Source: an uncultured Chlamydiae bacterium
GTDB lineage: Bacteria > Chlamydiota > Chlamydiia > Chlamydiales > Parachlamydiaceae
Length of the DNA stretch: 64,000 nt
Direction of reading: 5' to 3'
NCBI GenBank assembly: GCA_963830365.1
Contig: CAWHMU010000027.1
Coordinates: 1 to 64,000 of the forward strand
Of the stretch, positions 62,504 through 64,000 are shown piece after piece. Position 1 is the first letter of the stretch, and each line of letters begins with the position of its first letter. The notes under the pieces were generated by a model. It was given only the letters and a program-made list of their open reading frames with translations, did not search any database and had not been told where the DNA came from. Made by a program: the position numbers and the translations under genes.

Positions 62504-64000
62504 ATGAAATTCGTCTCAGTTGCATCAAGCAGTTCAAACCACAATACCGCCAAGCTGGATTGGAGGTGGAGTGTGGCTTGTCTTATCGCAATCTCGATGC
62601 CTACTCACTCATGGGCTGAAGAGCAGCAAACGTTGAAAGAAGTCACTGTCACAGCAACTGGCGTAGATATTGCCGAACGTCGAGATTCCAATACGCAGAA
62701 AGTCGTGATTGATCGTAAAGAGATCGAGAAAATGAGTGCGATGACCGTGAGCGAAGTGTTGGGCAAATTGCCTGGTGTGGAGTTGAATAGCAACGGCATG
62801 GGGCAGCAAACGCGCGGTATGTCGCGTGATTCAGTACAGGTGTTAGTCGATGGAGAGCGCTCTGCGATCGGGCGGTACCTTCGTTGGTGTGATTGGTCGT
62901 TTGCCATCGGGTGACTTGGAGCGTGTGGAAATATTGCGTGGGGCATCGGCGGAGTACGGTGGTGCGGCATCAGTCACCGTTAATCTGGTGATGAAAAAAG
63001 CTGTACGCAATAGCAGTGCGGGCGAGGTTCGCGTCGGATTGGGCGTGCGCGGGTCTGAAGTGAACACGCAATTGACGGTGTCGAAGAGTGGCGGTGATGG
63101 CAATTTTTCGTGGCAACTGCCGCTGTCGTTGTTGTGGAGTGCATCACCTATTTCACGCGATATAGACAGGCAGGATTTCACGGGGGCGACGCGTGGATTG
63201 TGGCAACAGGAGGCGGATCGAGGTCGTAACCGATTGGGGCATCATTCATTCTCCCCCCGTTTCAGTTGGAAAGATGGCGCAGATTCGTTCTATATCGCGC
63301 CCATGTATTTTTGGGGGCCTGTAGATACCCAAACCACCACGAGTATGACGAAATACTCTGTTCCTGCGACTGGAACAGGGTTGTTATTCAATGGTGATCG
63401 CACTTCGCAAACTAACGGCTATACCAAATTGTTGCGTGTGCGCATGGAAGGCGAGAAGCATTTGGACGATGTGAAGCTGGTAGGGCGTGTCTCGCTCAAT
63501 AGTGGCCGTAAAAATTCGGATACATCGCGCGTTGCACACGATGCTTCTAATGTGCTGACCACCTCCAACGACAATACCGTGGGTAATGAAAACGAGGTGA
63601 ACATGGCATGGCGCATGGACAAGCCAATGGGGGTGGAACATTTGCTGGCAGTGGGCTTGGAGCACGTCAATCTGAAGCGCACCGACGAGCAAACCTACTC
63701 GGGCGTGGCGAATACCTATCAAGCCAGTGAGCGCCAATACACTGCGTGGGTGCAGGACGATTGGATGTTGCGGGAGAAGATGACACTCACTTACGGACTG
63801 CGCGGTGAAAATGTCGCGCTTGATTCAAATGGCGTAGCGCAACAACGCGGCCAATTGATGCCTTCCGTTGCCTTCAAATGGGAGCCTGTGGAGAAGTGGC
63901 TGGTGCGCACGTCGTTGGGGGCTGGGTTGAAGATGCCTAAACTGGAAGAGATCAGCAATGCGGGTTCGTTGAGCCTTTCTACCAATACGCCCGTAGAGGC
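62504..64000 (+). CDS. TonB-dependent receptor (partial), frameshift near 62870
   Basis: EVTVTAT TonB box, LPGV, VLVDG; shifted frame gives LERVEILRG..YG..VNLV and WVQDDW..LTYGLR and stays open to the window end. Confidence 0.88.

Overview
The window looks like three unrelated pieces joined together. (1) 1-~2.0 kb is a GC-rich, alphaproteobacterial-type serine recombinase/DUF2924 module. (2) ~2.3-59.57 kb is a chromosome segment of an environmental Chlamydiae (Parachlamydiales-like) bacterium, inferred from chlamydial gene order: ychF-sctU-sctV-copN-scc1; msbA-accA-(YkuD)-hyp-ihfA; tyrS, rpiA, ptsH, pepF-groES-groEL; mutS-rpmJ-rpsN-GYF-Asp23; acs, ribD. (3) ~59.6-64 kb is a proteobacterial-type activase/DsbD_2/PepSY/TonB-receptor cluster with several frameshifts. 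Three features of the chlamydial part stand out. (a) A family of non-coding mobile elements with 24-bp GGTTCATC...ACCT terminal inverted repeats and, in three of four copies, 8-bp target duplications; they carry different palindromic REPIN-like cargoes, and one splits a DUF4160 gene. (b) A RAYT-like HUH/Y1 transposase with GTAG-REPs, deleted derivatives and several other palindromic repeat families. (c) A tandem array of three candidate T3SS effector genes; two share a duplicated block of sigma54 promoter, leader and N-terminal 37 codons, plus a common terminator block, but have divergent bodies. No CRISPR array, rRNA or tRNA was recognised. All family assignments come from motif recognition by eye, not database searches.
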